Below are positions 20,858-30,764 of a DNA stretch of 64,000 nucleotides, in pieces. Source of the DNA: an uncultured Planctomycetaceae bacterium (GTDB taxonomy: Bacteria > Planctomycetota > Planctomycetia > Isosphaerales > Isosphaeraceae); assembly GCA_963833985.1 (NCBI GenBank), contig CAWIAD010000002.1, forward strand, positions 928,001-992,000, written 5' to 3'. The notes below the pieces were generated by a model. That model was not told where the DNA came from. It saw only the letters and a list, made by a program, of their open reading frames with translations, and did no database searches. The translations under genes were made by a program, and so were the position numbers. Each line of letters begins with the position of its first letter. Positions within the stretch are counted from its first letter, which is position 1.

Positions 20858-22295
20858 ATGGTCGTGTCTCGAGCCCGATTGCGTCGTGAGTGTGCCTTCG
20901 TGGGGTTCTACCTCCTGCTTCTGGCCATGCCAGCAGTCAGCCGGGCGGAATCGCTTCAAGACGCCTGGAATGCCGCGCTGGCGGCCAACCAGGGCTTGCA
21001 AGCCACTCAGAACGGTTCGGCCTCCGCCCAGCGCGGGCTGGCAGCCGCAAAGGCCGAGCGGACACCGACGGTCACCACGCTCAACGCCTACACCTGGCTG
21101 AACACCTCGCCGACCTTCAAAAGCAGCCTCTCGTTGCCGGGCTCCTCCGCCCCACTCAATATCGCGTTCCCGTTCCTGAACCGGGAATTCTTCCTGAGCC
21201 TCCACCCTGGTGAACGTTCCGCTTTACACCGGCGGGCGGATCCTTGCCGGCATTGACGCGGCCGGTGCCCAGGCCGGCGCAGCACGCGCCGAGGAGTGCA
21301 CGGCGACCCTGGACCTGAAGCTGGAAGTGACCCAGGCCTACCTCAACGTCCTGCGTGTCGAGAAACTTCTTCGACTGGCCCGGACCAGCGTTACCAGCCT
21401 CCAGGCCCACGAGCATGATGTCAGCAACCTGTTCAGGGAAGGAGCGGCCAGGCGCTCCGACCTGCTCGCTTCCCAGGTTTCCCTGGCTCGTGCCCGGCAG
21501 CGTGTGATCCAGGCGAACAACGAACTCCAGACGGCTCAGGCCGCGTACAACCGGCTCCTGGGTAGGCCCCTGACGTACTCCACGCAACTCGAGGATATGT
21601 CGCTGCGGACCACACCGGGGCCTGGGACCGGCACCAAGCCTGCCAGGCCCGATGACCTTCCCGAAGCCTTGCCCAGCGCAGGGCGATCGCCCGATGCGGC
21701 GCTTGATCCCGGCGACGTCGCTGCCCGGGAAGCGGACATCGAACGCTTGACGACCATGGCTCTGGGCAATCGATCGGAGCTGGCTGCGATCACCAGCCAG
21801 GCAGGAGCGTATGCCGCCCAGGCTCGAATTGCCGAATCCGCCCACAAGCCTCAGGTAGGCGTGATTGGCGGCTTCACCCACATCTCGGACACGCACCTGG
21901 CCAGCCAGGATTACTGGTCGGGCACCATCGGCGCGGCGTGGCTGCTGTGCGACGGCGGCCGTGCAAACCGTAAGGCCGAGTCCCTCCGCTTCAAGGAAAG
22001 CCAGGTGCTCAAGCAACGCAACGAAACCGCTTCGCGCATCGCGTTGGGAGTGCGCTCGACCTGGCTGTCCCTGCAAAGCAGCCGCTCGGCGCTCGAGGTG
22101 GCGCGGACGTCGATCTCCCAGGCGGATGAGAACCTGCGTGAAACGCGGGAACGCTACCGCGAGCAAGTCGTGAACAATACCGAGGTGCTCGATGCCGAGA
22201 CCCTCCGCCTCCAGACGTACACCGACTACTACAATGCGTTCTACGCCGTGCTCCAGGACCAGTTCCGCCTGCGCCGGGCGGTCGGTGCCCTGTGA
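20858..22295 (+). CDS. TolC-family outer-membrane efflux protein (frameshift at ~21205)
   Basis: Signal peptide, ESLQDAW.AAL.AN, VPLYTGG, VTQAYLNVL, ADENLR...RY...EVLDAE. Confidence 0.85.
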
Positions 22296-22331
22296 TGCTG
22301 AGCATAACCTGGTGCGGAATTGCTGCTTCGT

Positions 22332-23444
22332 TCAGAGGAATGATCGGCCCAGGGTGACGTGCGAGATCGCACGGGCGCGGAGCAGGGCGGGCGAATCGCC
22401 GGCTCCCACGTTCAGCCGATGCAGGGAGTAGGGCTGAAAGGAAGTCGTGCCGGGGCGGTTGATACCCTCGCGTGCCGAGAATGCCAGGTGATAGCCGGCC
22501 TCGGCGGCAAGCTCGATCGTTCGCGCGGTGAACGTGCCTTCCCAGCCGAAAGGATAAGCCAGCGCTCTGATCTTCACGCCCAGCAACTGCTCCAGAAACT
22601 GCCGTGATGCCGTCAGTTCCCGCATCTGGGCGGCATCGTCCAGGTCCGCCAGGGCGCGATGGCTCTCCCCGTGCGACCCGATCGACATCCCCGCGGCTTG
22701 AAGCTGCTTGACCTGATCCAGGCTCATGAACAGTGCCTGTCCCTGGGCCGCTCCATCGACCTGGACCTCTGCGCGGGCTTCGAGCTGAGCCAGGAACCAG
22801 GGAACATCAGGGATCGCTCCGTTCAGGAATTCACCAATCACCGTTGCGATTCCCGCCGTCCGCTGGTCAGCACCTGCATCCGGTCCCAACTCCACGCGGA
22901 TGGAGCCAGGGTCTCCGGGCTGGCGGGGCAGTGTGAAGCCCGGCACCTGCGTCTGCTTGAGCACGCAGGCGACGTGGTCCCACCACGGCAGTTGTGGGTT
23001 CGCCAGCAGCCCCGTGGGCAGGAAGAACGCCGCGGGCACACCGGCGCGCCTGAGGATCGGCAAGGCAACCTCGAAGTTGTCACGGTAACCGTCGTCGAAG
23101 GTCACTAGCGCCAGCGGTTTTCCGGTTGCTGTGTTCGGGCGGAGAAGGGAATCCGTGCTGGGACCCGGAACCAGTTCGCGAAGCGCTTCCAGTCCCACAA
23201 CGTGATAGCGCGCGCCAAGCCAGCGAATCTGCGCCTCGAAGTTCTCAGGAGTTGCCGAGACCACGGGATCGTAGTAGAGGTTCGTAGCCGCTCCCGGCTC
23301 TGCAAGGCGGTGATAGGTCAGGACCACGAGCAGAGGCTGCCTGAGGGCAAGCTGCTCGAGCAGCCGGGTCAGACCGAGCGTCGAGCACGTCTGGGCAAGG
23401 AGCTTGCGCTTGTTGGCGATGCAATCGAGCAAGCGGCGAGGCAA
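22332..23444 (-). CDS. Polysaccharide deacetylase (CE4/NodB-like, EPS-associated type)
   Basis: LTYHRL, VTFDDGYRDN, IGSHGESH, LAYPFG; GGAGG upstream of the TTG start. Confidence 0.88.
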   Translation of the reverse strand: MPRRLLDCIANKRKLLAQTCSTLGLTRLLEQLALRQPLLVVLTYHRLAEPGAATNLYYDPVVSATPENFEAQIRWLGARYHVVGLEALRELVPGPSTDSLLRPNTATGKPLALVTFDDGYRDNFEVALPILRRAGVPAAFFLPTGLLANPQLPWWDHVACVLKQTQVPGFTLPRQPGDPGSIRVELGPDAGADQRTAGIATVIGEFLNGAIPDVPWFLAQLEARAEVQVDGAAQGQALFMSLDQVKQLQAAGMSIGSHGESHRALADLDDAAQMRELTASRQFLEQLLGVKIRALAYPFGWEGTFTARTIELAAEAGYHLAFSAREGINRPGTTSFQPYSLHRLNVGAGDSPALLRARAISHVTLGRSFL

Positions 23445-23515
23445 CGGAAGCAGCCTCCAGCAGACGCGCCTGGGAAAAGGTGGGATAGACGACCGGATAC
23501 AGGTCCAGACCCGGT

Positions 23516-26500
23516 CTAGTCGTGCAGACTCGGGTCAAGTCCGATGGTTCCCTTCAGCGTGTCCAGGTATGCGGGAGCCGTCACGCGATCAAGCTCGGAC
23601 AGGGCAATCGCGCGTCGGCGCTCCAGCTCGGCGGGATTCTCCGACGAGAGGCCCGTCGCATACGCACGACATAACTCGATGTAGCGCAGATGGCGCTGCC
23701 AGAGTGCAATCTCGCTTTCCTGCCTGGACCGCAGCCGCTCGTGATACCAGTCGCTCGCGAGCAGGTCATTCATTGTGAACAGGCGGCGGATCTCCGGATC
23801 GTGAGCGTCCTTTCCCTCGAAGGCTCCCTCGGCCATGATCGTGAGCAAGGCTCGCAGGGGCGGGCAAGCGTCGTCGATCGAGCGATCCTCCAGGTACTGG
23901 GCCGCCACGCGCTGCTGGGCCTCGACGATATTCCGGATTCCGTCCACGAAAGCTTCCAGGTCCTGGATCTCGGGACGCAGCAGCTCGTCAGGAAAGACAC
24001 GGGCAGGATGATCGAAGATCCGGCCCAGGAACGTGCGCGCGAACTTGGCGGTGATGCGGTACCCCAGTCGGCTTGCCAGCACCCGGGCGCCGGCGTGCTC
24101 GAAGTCGGCGAGCGGCTCCAGGTAACCCTCGGTAATCAAGAACTCAGGGCGGCGCTCCTCAGGGCTCAAACGGCACCAGACCTCGGGGATGAGAAGGCTG
24201 ATGTCGTGGTCCACGCGCATCTTCGGGCCGATGTAGCCCGCGGCCGTGGAGAACCCGGCCAGGTCCGTCAGGATATACGACACGAGCGCGGCGTTGAGGT
24301 CGATGATCGGCCGTAGAGCGTTGAATGGCCCCTTGGTGAGCGCTCCCTCCGAACCGGCCCCGGTGGTGGACGGGCTCTTGCCGGTGAGCGAGCAGATGAA
24401 GTCCATGAACAGCTCGGGCAGCTCCTGGTAATGGATCGGGCCGTACACGGCCAGGGGACGGATACCCGCGGCCGCATCCGGCGGATTGTTCCGCCTTCCC
24501 ACGAGCACGGCACCGACCGGGACGAGCAGCGGTTTGTTGCCCGGAATCGACTGTGCCAGCCGCATGCCGCGCTCGGAGACATAGCGGGGGAAGGGATCGA
24601 GCAGGTCGGGACGCGTTTGCAGATAGCGGGGATTCTTGCTGGGCTTGCCGTCCACCAGACGTGGGGCCGCCGAGCATACGGCGTAGCCAGACTCCAGCTG
24701 CGCGGCGGTGCGGAGAAGCTGCTGCATTGGCTCAGTGAACTCGTCCAGCTCGGTGACGCGCTCGACCATCACGCGGACCTGCTCGCTGCTGAGCGGCTCG
24801 AAGTTGGAAAGAAAGTTGTCCGATCGTGCCAGATCGGCTTCCGTCTGGCGGTCCAGCCCGCGGTGAACGGCGTCATCGGGCCGCTGGAAGAGGCGTGACT
24901 CGCAGTTCACCGCGAACTTGTAACTTCCCGCCCGCGGGCCCGGCAAGGCCGGCTCGAGCCATCGGGCCGGAACCACCACCGACGCCGTGATGTCATCCTC
25001 CATCTGCACCTTCGCCGCGGGGATGAAATCTTGCCGCAGCTTGAACGTCCGCCAGCCCTGGGAAGAGAGCAAGCCCACGCGCAAATAAGTACCCACGAGC
25101 TGGCGGCCGAACGCCTTCAGCTCATGGCCCGGAAAGCCGTTGATGGTGTCGACACCGAACAGGTCCCGCCAGTGCCCGAGACCTTCCTCCGGGACGAAGC
25201 GCTTGATGATAAAAACGATCGGGTAGATGTAATTGGGAAAGGTCGCCAGCCAGTTGTTGTACTCCTCGGTATAGTCATCCGACGGGGTCAGCAGCTTGAT
25301 CACGCTGCCCAGCGAGCGGAGCGGGCTGAGCACCGGACGGCTGGCCCTGCGCGAGTAATCGGGCGCACACCCGGGCTTCCACCGGTCGGAGTAGTCGCGG
25401 TCGAAGATCTGCTGCACGAGCTCGAAATCCTTGTTCACATCGGCCACGAAGATCGGCCCGTAGATCATGTAGTCGCGCAGGCTCTTGGAGATCTCGCTCT
25501 TTCCCCCGCCGCTGACCGTGCACGGCTTGTGGCAATAGAGCCCCTCGGCGACCGTCCCGATCAGCCGCCAGCTCGCGGCGCCGGGATGTTTCTCCAGACG
25601 CAGCTTGTAGCCCGAGGGAGTCATGTACACCTTGTCGGGTGAAAGCGGTATGGCGGTTTCGCGGCCCTCGCGCGGCCACCATACCTGAAGCCGCGCAATA
25701 CTCGCCCGGGCATCGCCGGGAATGTACACGAGGTCCGGATACGACCGGTCCACGGCGTGACCTTGCGGCTGCATCTCGATGGTCTCGGGATTCTCGCGGG
25801 CGACCTCCTCCAGCGACCGTCCGTGGCCGCGATACCGCTCCGCCTCGAACTCGTAGCCGAAGGAATAGCTGGCGAAGGCCAGAGCGCCTCCGGAGTGCTC
25901 CTCCTCGACGTTGCCCATCAGGTTGGCGGCGAACGAGATCTGGGTCTTCACCTCTTTCTTGCAGTAGCCGTAATAGTTGTCCGCAATGAGGGTGACGATC
26001 ACTCCGGCAGCCGACCGGCAGGTGAGCTTGAACGCACTCCCCTCGTTGTACAGCTCGTCCGGCTGACGCCAGCACATCCCGTCCCGCTGCTGCCGCGCGG
26101 TGGCCTGGTCCCAGGCGGGCAGGCCAAGCTGCCGCTTGGTGAGCCGGGTGAGGTGGGGCGCGAGGATCACGCAGCCGGTGTGACCCGTCCAGTGCTCGAC
26201 GTCGAGCCCCGCGTCGTTCTCTGCCAGGTAAGGATCGCCGGCGTTACCGAAGATCGACTCCACGAAGTCCAGGTTGCTCACCAGGCTCCCCGGGACAAAG
26301 AAGTGGACCTCCATGGTCTTCTGAGCGCAGAGGCCCGGCACTTCCGGGCAGACGATCGGCCTGAGCAAGAGCGAGACGAACGTTCGCAGGGGCCGCGGCC
26401 TGTGTGCCGTGTAGGGCACGATCATGAGCTCGGACGGGGGTGCCACGGCATGGCGAAAGAGCCCGGCGAAGACCGGACGCGGCACGGCCTTCTTGTCGCC

Positions 26501-26926
26501 GGGAATCGGCAAACCTCCCTCGGCCACGTGAAATGTTCCCTGCGTGGTCCGGCGATCGCTGCGCGGGTTGTGCAAGACACCGTTGCACACGCGGAAGGAG
26601 GTGAGGTGGGGATTGTTGTAGCTGTCGGCGTCCTCGGGAATGGACAGCGCCCGGGCGATCCCGTGTCGGGGCAAGACCAGCGACTCGCTGGGCAAGCACA
26701 AGGGTGATTCCAGGTCCAGGTCGTCAAAGTGCTGGCTCAGATAGGCTTCAATCCGCCGGTCGGCCGGACAGCGCTCTCCGGTGCGATGCAGGAACGGGCT
26801 GTCGCCCGCGTGCCAGGCCGCTTCCCTGCCGCGAGCCACTGATTCCCGGTGCGGCTGTCCATCCGAGGTGATTCCCAGCGCGGTCTCGAGTCTCATGAGC
26901 AGGGGCTTCCTCGACCATCGGGTCAT
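23516..26926 (-). CDS. PPi-dependent phosphoenolpyruvate carboxykinase (PPi-PEPCK)
   Basis: ~1130 aa; GVLHNPRSDRRTTQGTFH, NYYGYCKKEVKTQISFAANL, CHKPCTVSGGGKSEISKS, TGKSPSTTGAGSEGALTKGPFN. Start may be the ATG at 26896. Confidence 0.88.
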   Translation of the reverse strand: MTRWSRKPLLMRLETALGITSDGQPHRESVARGREAAWHAGDSPFLHRTGERCPADRRIEAYLSQHFDDLDLESPLCLPSESLVLPRHGIARALSIPEDADSYNNPHLTSFRVCNGVLHNPRSDRRTTQGTFHVAEGGLPIPGDKKAVPRPVFAGLFRHAVAPPSELMIVPYTAHRPRPLRTFVSLLLRPIVCPEVPGLCAQKTMEVHFFVPGSLVSNLDFVESIFGNAGDPYLAENDAGLDVEHWTGHTGCVILAPHLTRLTKRQLGLPAWDQATARQQRDGMCWRQPDELYNEGSAFKLTCRSAAGVIVTLIADNYYGYCKKEVKTQISFAANLMGNVEEEHSGGALAFASYSFGYEFEAERYRGHGRSLEEVARENPETIEMQPQGHAVDRSYPDLVYIPGDARASIARLQVWWPREGRETAIPLSPDKVYMTPSGYKLRLEKHPGAASWRLIGTVAEGLYCHKPCTVSGGGKSEISKSLRDYMIYGPIFVADVNKDFELVQQIFDRDYSDRWKPGCAPDYSRRASRPVLSPLRSLGSVIKLLTPSDDYTEEYNNWLATFPNYIYPIVFIIKRFVPEEGLGHWRDLFGVDTINGFPGHELKAFGRQLVGTYLRVGLLSSQGWRTFKLRQDFIPAAKVQMEDDITASVVVPARWLEPALPGPRAGSYKFAVNCESRLFQRPDDAVHRGLDRQTEADLARSDNFLSNFEPLSSEQVRVMVERVTELDEFTEPMQQLLRTAAQLESGYAVCSAAPRLVDGKPSKNPRYLQTRPDLLDPFPRYVSERGMRLAQSIPGNKPLLVPVGAVLVGRRNNPPDAAAGIRPLAVYGPIHYQELPELFMDFICSLTGKSPSTTGAGSEGALTKGPFNALRPIIDLNAALVSYILTDLAGFSTAAGYIGPKMRVDHDISLLIPEVWCRLSPEERRPEFLITEGYLEPLADFEHAGARVLASRLGYRITAKFARTFLGRIFDHPARVFPDELLRPEIQDLEAFVDGIRNIVEAQQRVAAQYLEDRSIDDACPPLRALLTIMAEGAFEGKDAHDPEIRRLFTMNDLLASDWYHERLRSRQESEIALWQRHLRYIELCRAYATGLSSENPAELERRRAIALSELDRVTAPAYLDTLKGTIGLDPSLHD

Positions 26927-27484
26927 GACGCCGAGGCGAGGGGCAACCGCACCTGCCAGCCAGCGCTTGGAGTTGGTCTCCTAGAGCTAGCATAATCGCT
27001 CCTGGAAATCCATCCTGCGCGGGGCCTCTTCGGCATGGAGACGGCTTTGGACCCCGGTCCGCCTGACGGACGAGATCATGGAAAAAGCTCCGGAGCCTGA
27101 CCCAGGCGCACATGCCTGCCACCGGAAATTGATCAGGCCCGGAGCTGGTTCACACAGGGACGCCGTCAAGCTGGCAACAACTCGCCCGGCGTCGCCCGGC
27201 AGATCGATGGTGACTCATGGCTTGGCGCCGTGGCCCTTATTGTTTCCCGGGCACGCCCGGTTGATGGTGCTTTTTTCCCTAAATTCCGCTTCATCGCGCA
27301 GCCAGTGCCCTGGTCCGCCACGGCGCATGCCATCCCGCTGGCCGGCGACTTAAAATCCACTTCATCTCGCCGATCGCGCTCGCTCCCCCCCGGCGAATAT
27401 GGTCCAATCCAGGTGTACTCGGATTGCTCAGGGGCCGCGGGCAGCAACAGGCCGAGGCCGGCAAACAGGGCGTGGAGTATTCGG

Positions 27485-28198
27485 ATGAATTCCGGTCCGA
27501 TCAACCGCATCCTGGTTGTCGAGGATGATCCCAGCCTTGCCGAATCCGTCATCACCGGCTTGCTGGATGAAGGGTTCGCCGTCGAGCATGCCCCGGATGG
27601 AAATACAGCCTGGCAGACCATCCGCGCAACGGGCTGGGACCTCGTGATCCTGGACTGGTGGCTTCCCGGTAAGGACGGCCTGTCGATCCTGAGGCGCTAC
27701 CGCGATGGCGGTGGTGACAGGCCCGTGCTGTTTCTTACCGCGCGTGATGCGGTCAGCGACCGGGTGGAAGCCCTCAACGCCGGCGCCGATGATTATCTGT
27801 GCAAGCCTTTCGCTTTCGAAGAGCTGCTGGCCCGTGTCCGCGCCTTGATCCGCCGCCATCGGGAAGACAGCGGCATGGTGCTGGCCTACCGGGACGTCCG
27901 GGTTGACCTGGTGGTCCAGCGCGCCGAGCGTGCCGGCCATCCGCTTGAGCTGACTGCCAAGGAGCTGGGACTGCTGGCCTTTTTCATGAACCATCCGGGA
28001 GAGATCCTGTCGCGGACGCGGATCTACGGCCAGGTCTGGGGCGAAGACTATGACTTCATCTCGAACACGCTTGATGTCCACATCAAGGAGCTGAGACGCA
28101 AGCTCGAAGCCCGCGGTCCGCGGCTCATCCACACCCTGCGCGGCCGGGGATATCTCCTCGGAGAAACACCGTCCCAGGCCGCGGAGGAAAAACCATGA
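27485..28198 (+). CDS. OmpR-family response regulator
   Basis: ILVVEDD, ILDWWLPG, FLTARD, GADDYLCKPF, winged-helix IHTLRGRGY. Confidence 0.93.
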   Translation: MNSGPINRILVVEDDPSLAESVITGLLDEGFAVEHAPDGNTAWQTIRATGWDLVILDWWLPGKDGLSILRRYRDGGGDRPVLFLTARDAVSDRVEALNAGADDYLCKPFAFEELLARVRALIRRHREDSGMVLAYRDVRVDLVVQRAERAGHPLELTAKELGLLAFFMNHPGEILSRTRIYGQVWGEDYDFISNTLDVHIKELRRKLEARGPRLIHTLRGRGYLLGETPSQAAEEKP

Positions 28199-29673
28199 CC
28201 CTGGTGACACGCTTCTCAGTGTTCTTTCTGGTAGCCCTGGCGCTCGCCCTCGGCGGGTTCTCCGCATGCCTTTACTATCTGTTGGGAATGCAGCTGCGCG
28301 TGGGCCTCGACCAGGATCTCGAAGCCACCCTCGACGGGTTCCCCGCCGGTCTTGCGACACGCAGCCCGCGCGTGAACTGGGCCATCTTCGGTGAACCCGG
28401 CCAGCGGCTGGAAAGCTCGGTTCCCGACGGCCAGACGACGGTTCTCGACAACCGCGACCTGACTCCGCTTGCGGTGGACGTCGCCACGACCATCAAGGCG
28501 CCCGACGGGTCGCGCTGGCGGGTGCTCGTCCGTCCCTTCGGCGGCCGCCATCGCCGTGGCCCGCGTGACGGCCCGCGCGATGGCCGACGCCCCGTCCCCG
28601 GAAAAGGTGATGATCGACCAGAACCCTTCCCACCCAGGGATCACAGACCCGGGGCGCTGGCGGCCTGGGCATCGCTACAGCCCGTGGAGGGCCAGCTCCG
28701 TACGCTCGCCGCGGTGCTTCCCCTGGTCTCGCTTGGTCTCTGGGGCCTGGCCGCGCTGATTGGCCGGCGATTCGGCCGGCGGGCGCTGGCTCCGCTGGCG
28801 CGCATGGCCGAGGCCGCCCGGGCTATGCCCTGGACCGAGAAGGATGCGCGACTGCCCAGTCCGGGAACCCGCGACGAACTCGAGTATTTCGCCGCCAGCT
28901 TCAATGGTTTGCTCGATCGGCTACACGAGGCCCTGGAACGCCAGAAGCAATTCACCGGGCAGGCCTCGCACCAGCTCCGAACGCCGATGGCGGCCCTCAT
29001 CACCACCATCGACGTCGCGCGACGCCGACCCAGGAGCGTCCAGGAACACGAGCGCGTGCTCGACCGGCTGCACGCGGATGCCATTCGGCTCTGGAGGATC
29101 GTCGAGGCCCTCCTTTTCCTGGCTCGAGCCGACGCCGAGGCCGGCATGCCCGATCTCGAGCCGCTCGAACTGGGCACCTGGCTGGCCCTGCACCTTGAGG
29201 GCTGGTCCGCCCATGAGCGCGCCAGCGATCTTCACGGCCCTGAAGGCCCGCAGGAACCGGTCTTCATCCAGGCACATCCCGCACTCCTGGGGCAACTGCT
29301 GGACAACCTGCTCGAGAACGCCTGCAAGTACAGCACCTGTGGGACACCTGTTGACGTGAAGCTGCGCGTGGAACCAGCAGAGGCGATCCTGGAGGTGGAC
29401 GACCACGGCTGCGGCATTCCGGCCGAGGATCTTCCCCACGTCTTCAAGCCATTCTACCGCTCTCAGCAGGCGCGCCTGGGACATGCGGGAGTGGGCCTTG
29501 GCCTGGCGGTGGTTCAGCGCATTGCCACGGCCCTGGGCGGCACCGTCAGCGTCGAGAGCGAGGAAGGCCGCGGCAGCCGCTTCGTCCTTCGACTGCCGTC
29601 CGTCCGGCATCCCGCGCCGCCCCCCACCGCCAGGGCGGACGAAGCACAGCCTCTGGCCGGTGCCACAGCCTGA
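28195..29673 (+). CDS. HAMP-domain sensor histidine kinase
   Basis: Two TM helices, ASHQLRTP H-box, NLLENACKY, DHGCGI, GVGLGLAVV; ATGA overlap with the regulator. Confidence 0.93.
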   Translation: MTLVTRFSVFFLVALALALGGFSACLYYLLGMQLRVGLDQDLEATLDGFPAGLATRSPRVNWAIFGEPGQRLESSVPDGQTTVLDNRDLTPLAVDVATTIKAPDGSRWRVLVRPFGGRHRRGPRDGPRDGRRPVPGKGDDRPEPFPPRDHRPGALAAWASLQPVEGQLRTLAAVLPLVSLGLWGLAALIGRRFGRRALAPLARMAEAARAMPWTEKDARLPSPGTRDELEYFAASFNGLLDRLHEALERQKQFTGQASHQLRTPMAALITTIDVARRRPRSVQEHERVLDRLHADAIRLWRIVEALLFLARADAEAGMPDLEPLELGTWLALHLEGWSAHERASDLHGPEGPQEPVFIQAHPALLGQLLDNLLENACKYSTCGTPVDVKLRVEPAEAILEVDDHGCGIPAEDLPHVFKPFYRSQQARLGHAGVGLGLAVVQRIATALGGTVSVESEEGRGSRFVLRLPSVRHPAPPPTARADEAQPLAGATA

Positions 29674-29711
29674 ATCCCGCCACGGCCCGAGTCGTGCCAC
29701 GGCCTGAGTCC

Positions 29712-30764
29712 TCAGGTGTGTGCGTAATCGGCCTCGATCGGCATCAGGTGATAGGCCGGGCCGGCGGGCAAGAGGCCCTGGCGGTCGCGCACCTGGAATT
29801 CGAGGCTGAACCGGGAGCGGAAGCCAGATTGGCGCAGGGCGCTTTCCATCCAGGGTGTGCTCGCGAACGTCTGCACCAGGTCGGCTCCCTGGCGCTTCAG
29901 TTCTTGCGTCAGGGCCGCGATGGCCTGCCGCCAGAGCTCCGCGTCGGTCTCCGCCAGCAGGCAATCCACGACCTTGCCCAGCACCACCCGGCCGCCAGGC
30001 CGCGGGATGAGGTTCAGGACCGCAAAGCCGTGAACCTGCCCGGCCCGATCGCTGAGCAGCCAGCCCGACATCGCCTGCCGCGGAAACCGGAGCAGGTGGT
30101 TCAGCCGTGCGGGCCTGCGGCTGCTGACGATCACGCGGGTTTTCGCCCCTGCGACCACCGGCTCGATCTCCGTACCGAACGTCTCGATCCTGCGGAGGAT
30201 GAACCGGCTTCCACCCGGGCGGACGGCATGCACACCGGATCGAGCCAGGTCGCGAGCCAGGCGAGTGGCTCGCGCGGCCACGCCCAGCGAGGGATCACGC
30301 AGCCAGTGCAGGGGGTTGAGCACGCGCTGGTACACAGGAACAGGTGCTTTGTCGGCATAGCCCGTCGGCTTGCCGATGACCCGCGCCGCGCCGGAACCTC
30401 CCAGGCCGAACTGCGTTGGCGTCCGGCAATAGGCCGTGCGCATCAGGCTGGTGCCAATCGAGCGATGCTCGGGCGAGCCCAGCCAGTCCATCATGTGCAG
30501 TGTGCCGACGCGTCCACCCGGGACTTGGTCTCCCTCGAAGGCCGTGAGGCTGATCCCCACATGGCCGATGATCCGGCCGTGCTCGTCACGCGCCAGGTAG
30601 CTGCGAGGAGCTTCATCCTCCTCGCCGCAGGGCTCCAGATACTTCCAGCGCAACACCTCGGACGCCGCGAACTCGGCCTCGGGCGGCGTCCGGAATCCGG
30701 TGGTCAGGAAGCGGCCGAGCTCGGGCAGATCGTCGTCGGCCAGCAGGCGGATCTCACGCGCCAT
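29712..30764 (-). CDS. GNAT-fold hypothetical protein
   Basis: LRWKY, IIGHVG, W.GSPEHRSIGTSL (acyl-CoA loop-like); TGATG-coupled to the upstream GH gene. Confidence 0.65.
   Translation of the reverse strand: MAREIRLLADDDLPELGRFLTTGFRTPPEAEFAASEVLRWKYLEPCGEEDEAPRSYLARDEHGRIIGHVGISLTAFEGDQVPGGRVGTLHMMDWLGSPEHRSIGTSLMRTAYCRTPTQFGLGGSGAARVIGKPTGYADKAPVPVYQRVLNPLHWLRDPSLGVAARATRLARDLARSGVHAVRPGGSRFILRRIETFGTEIEPVVAGAKTRVIVSSRRPARLNHLLRFPRQAMSGWLLSDRAGQVHGFAVLNLIPRPGGRVVLGKVVDCLLAETDAELWRQAIAALTQELKRQGADLVQTFASTPWMESALRQSGFRSRFSLEFQVRDRQGLLPAGPAYHLMPIEADYAHT

Noticed and set aside
28557..28585. GPRD-GPRD 12-bp repeat in the sensor kinase
   Set aside because: A short in-frame low-complexity loop; unremarkable.
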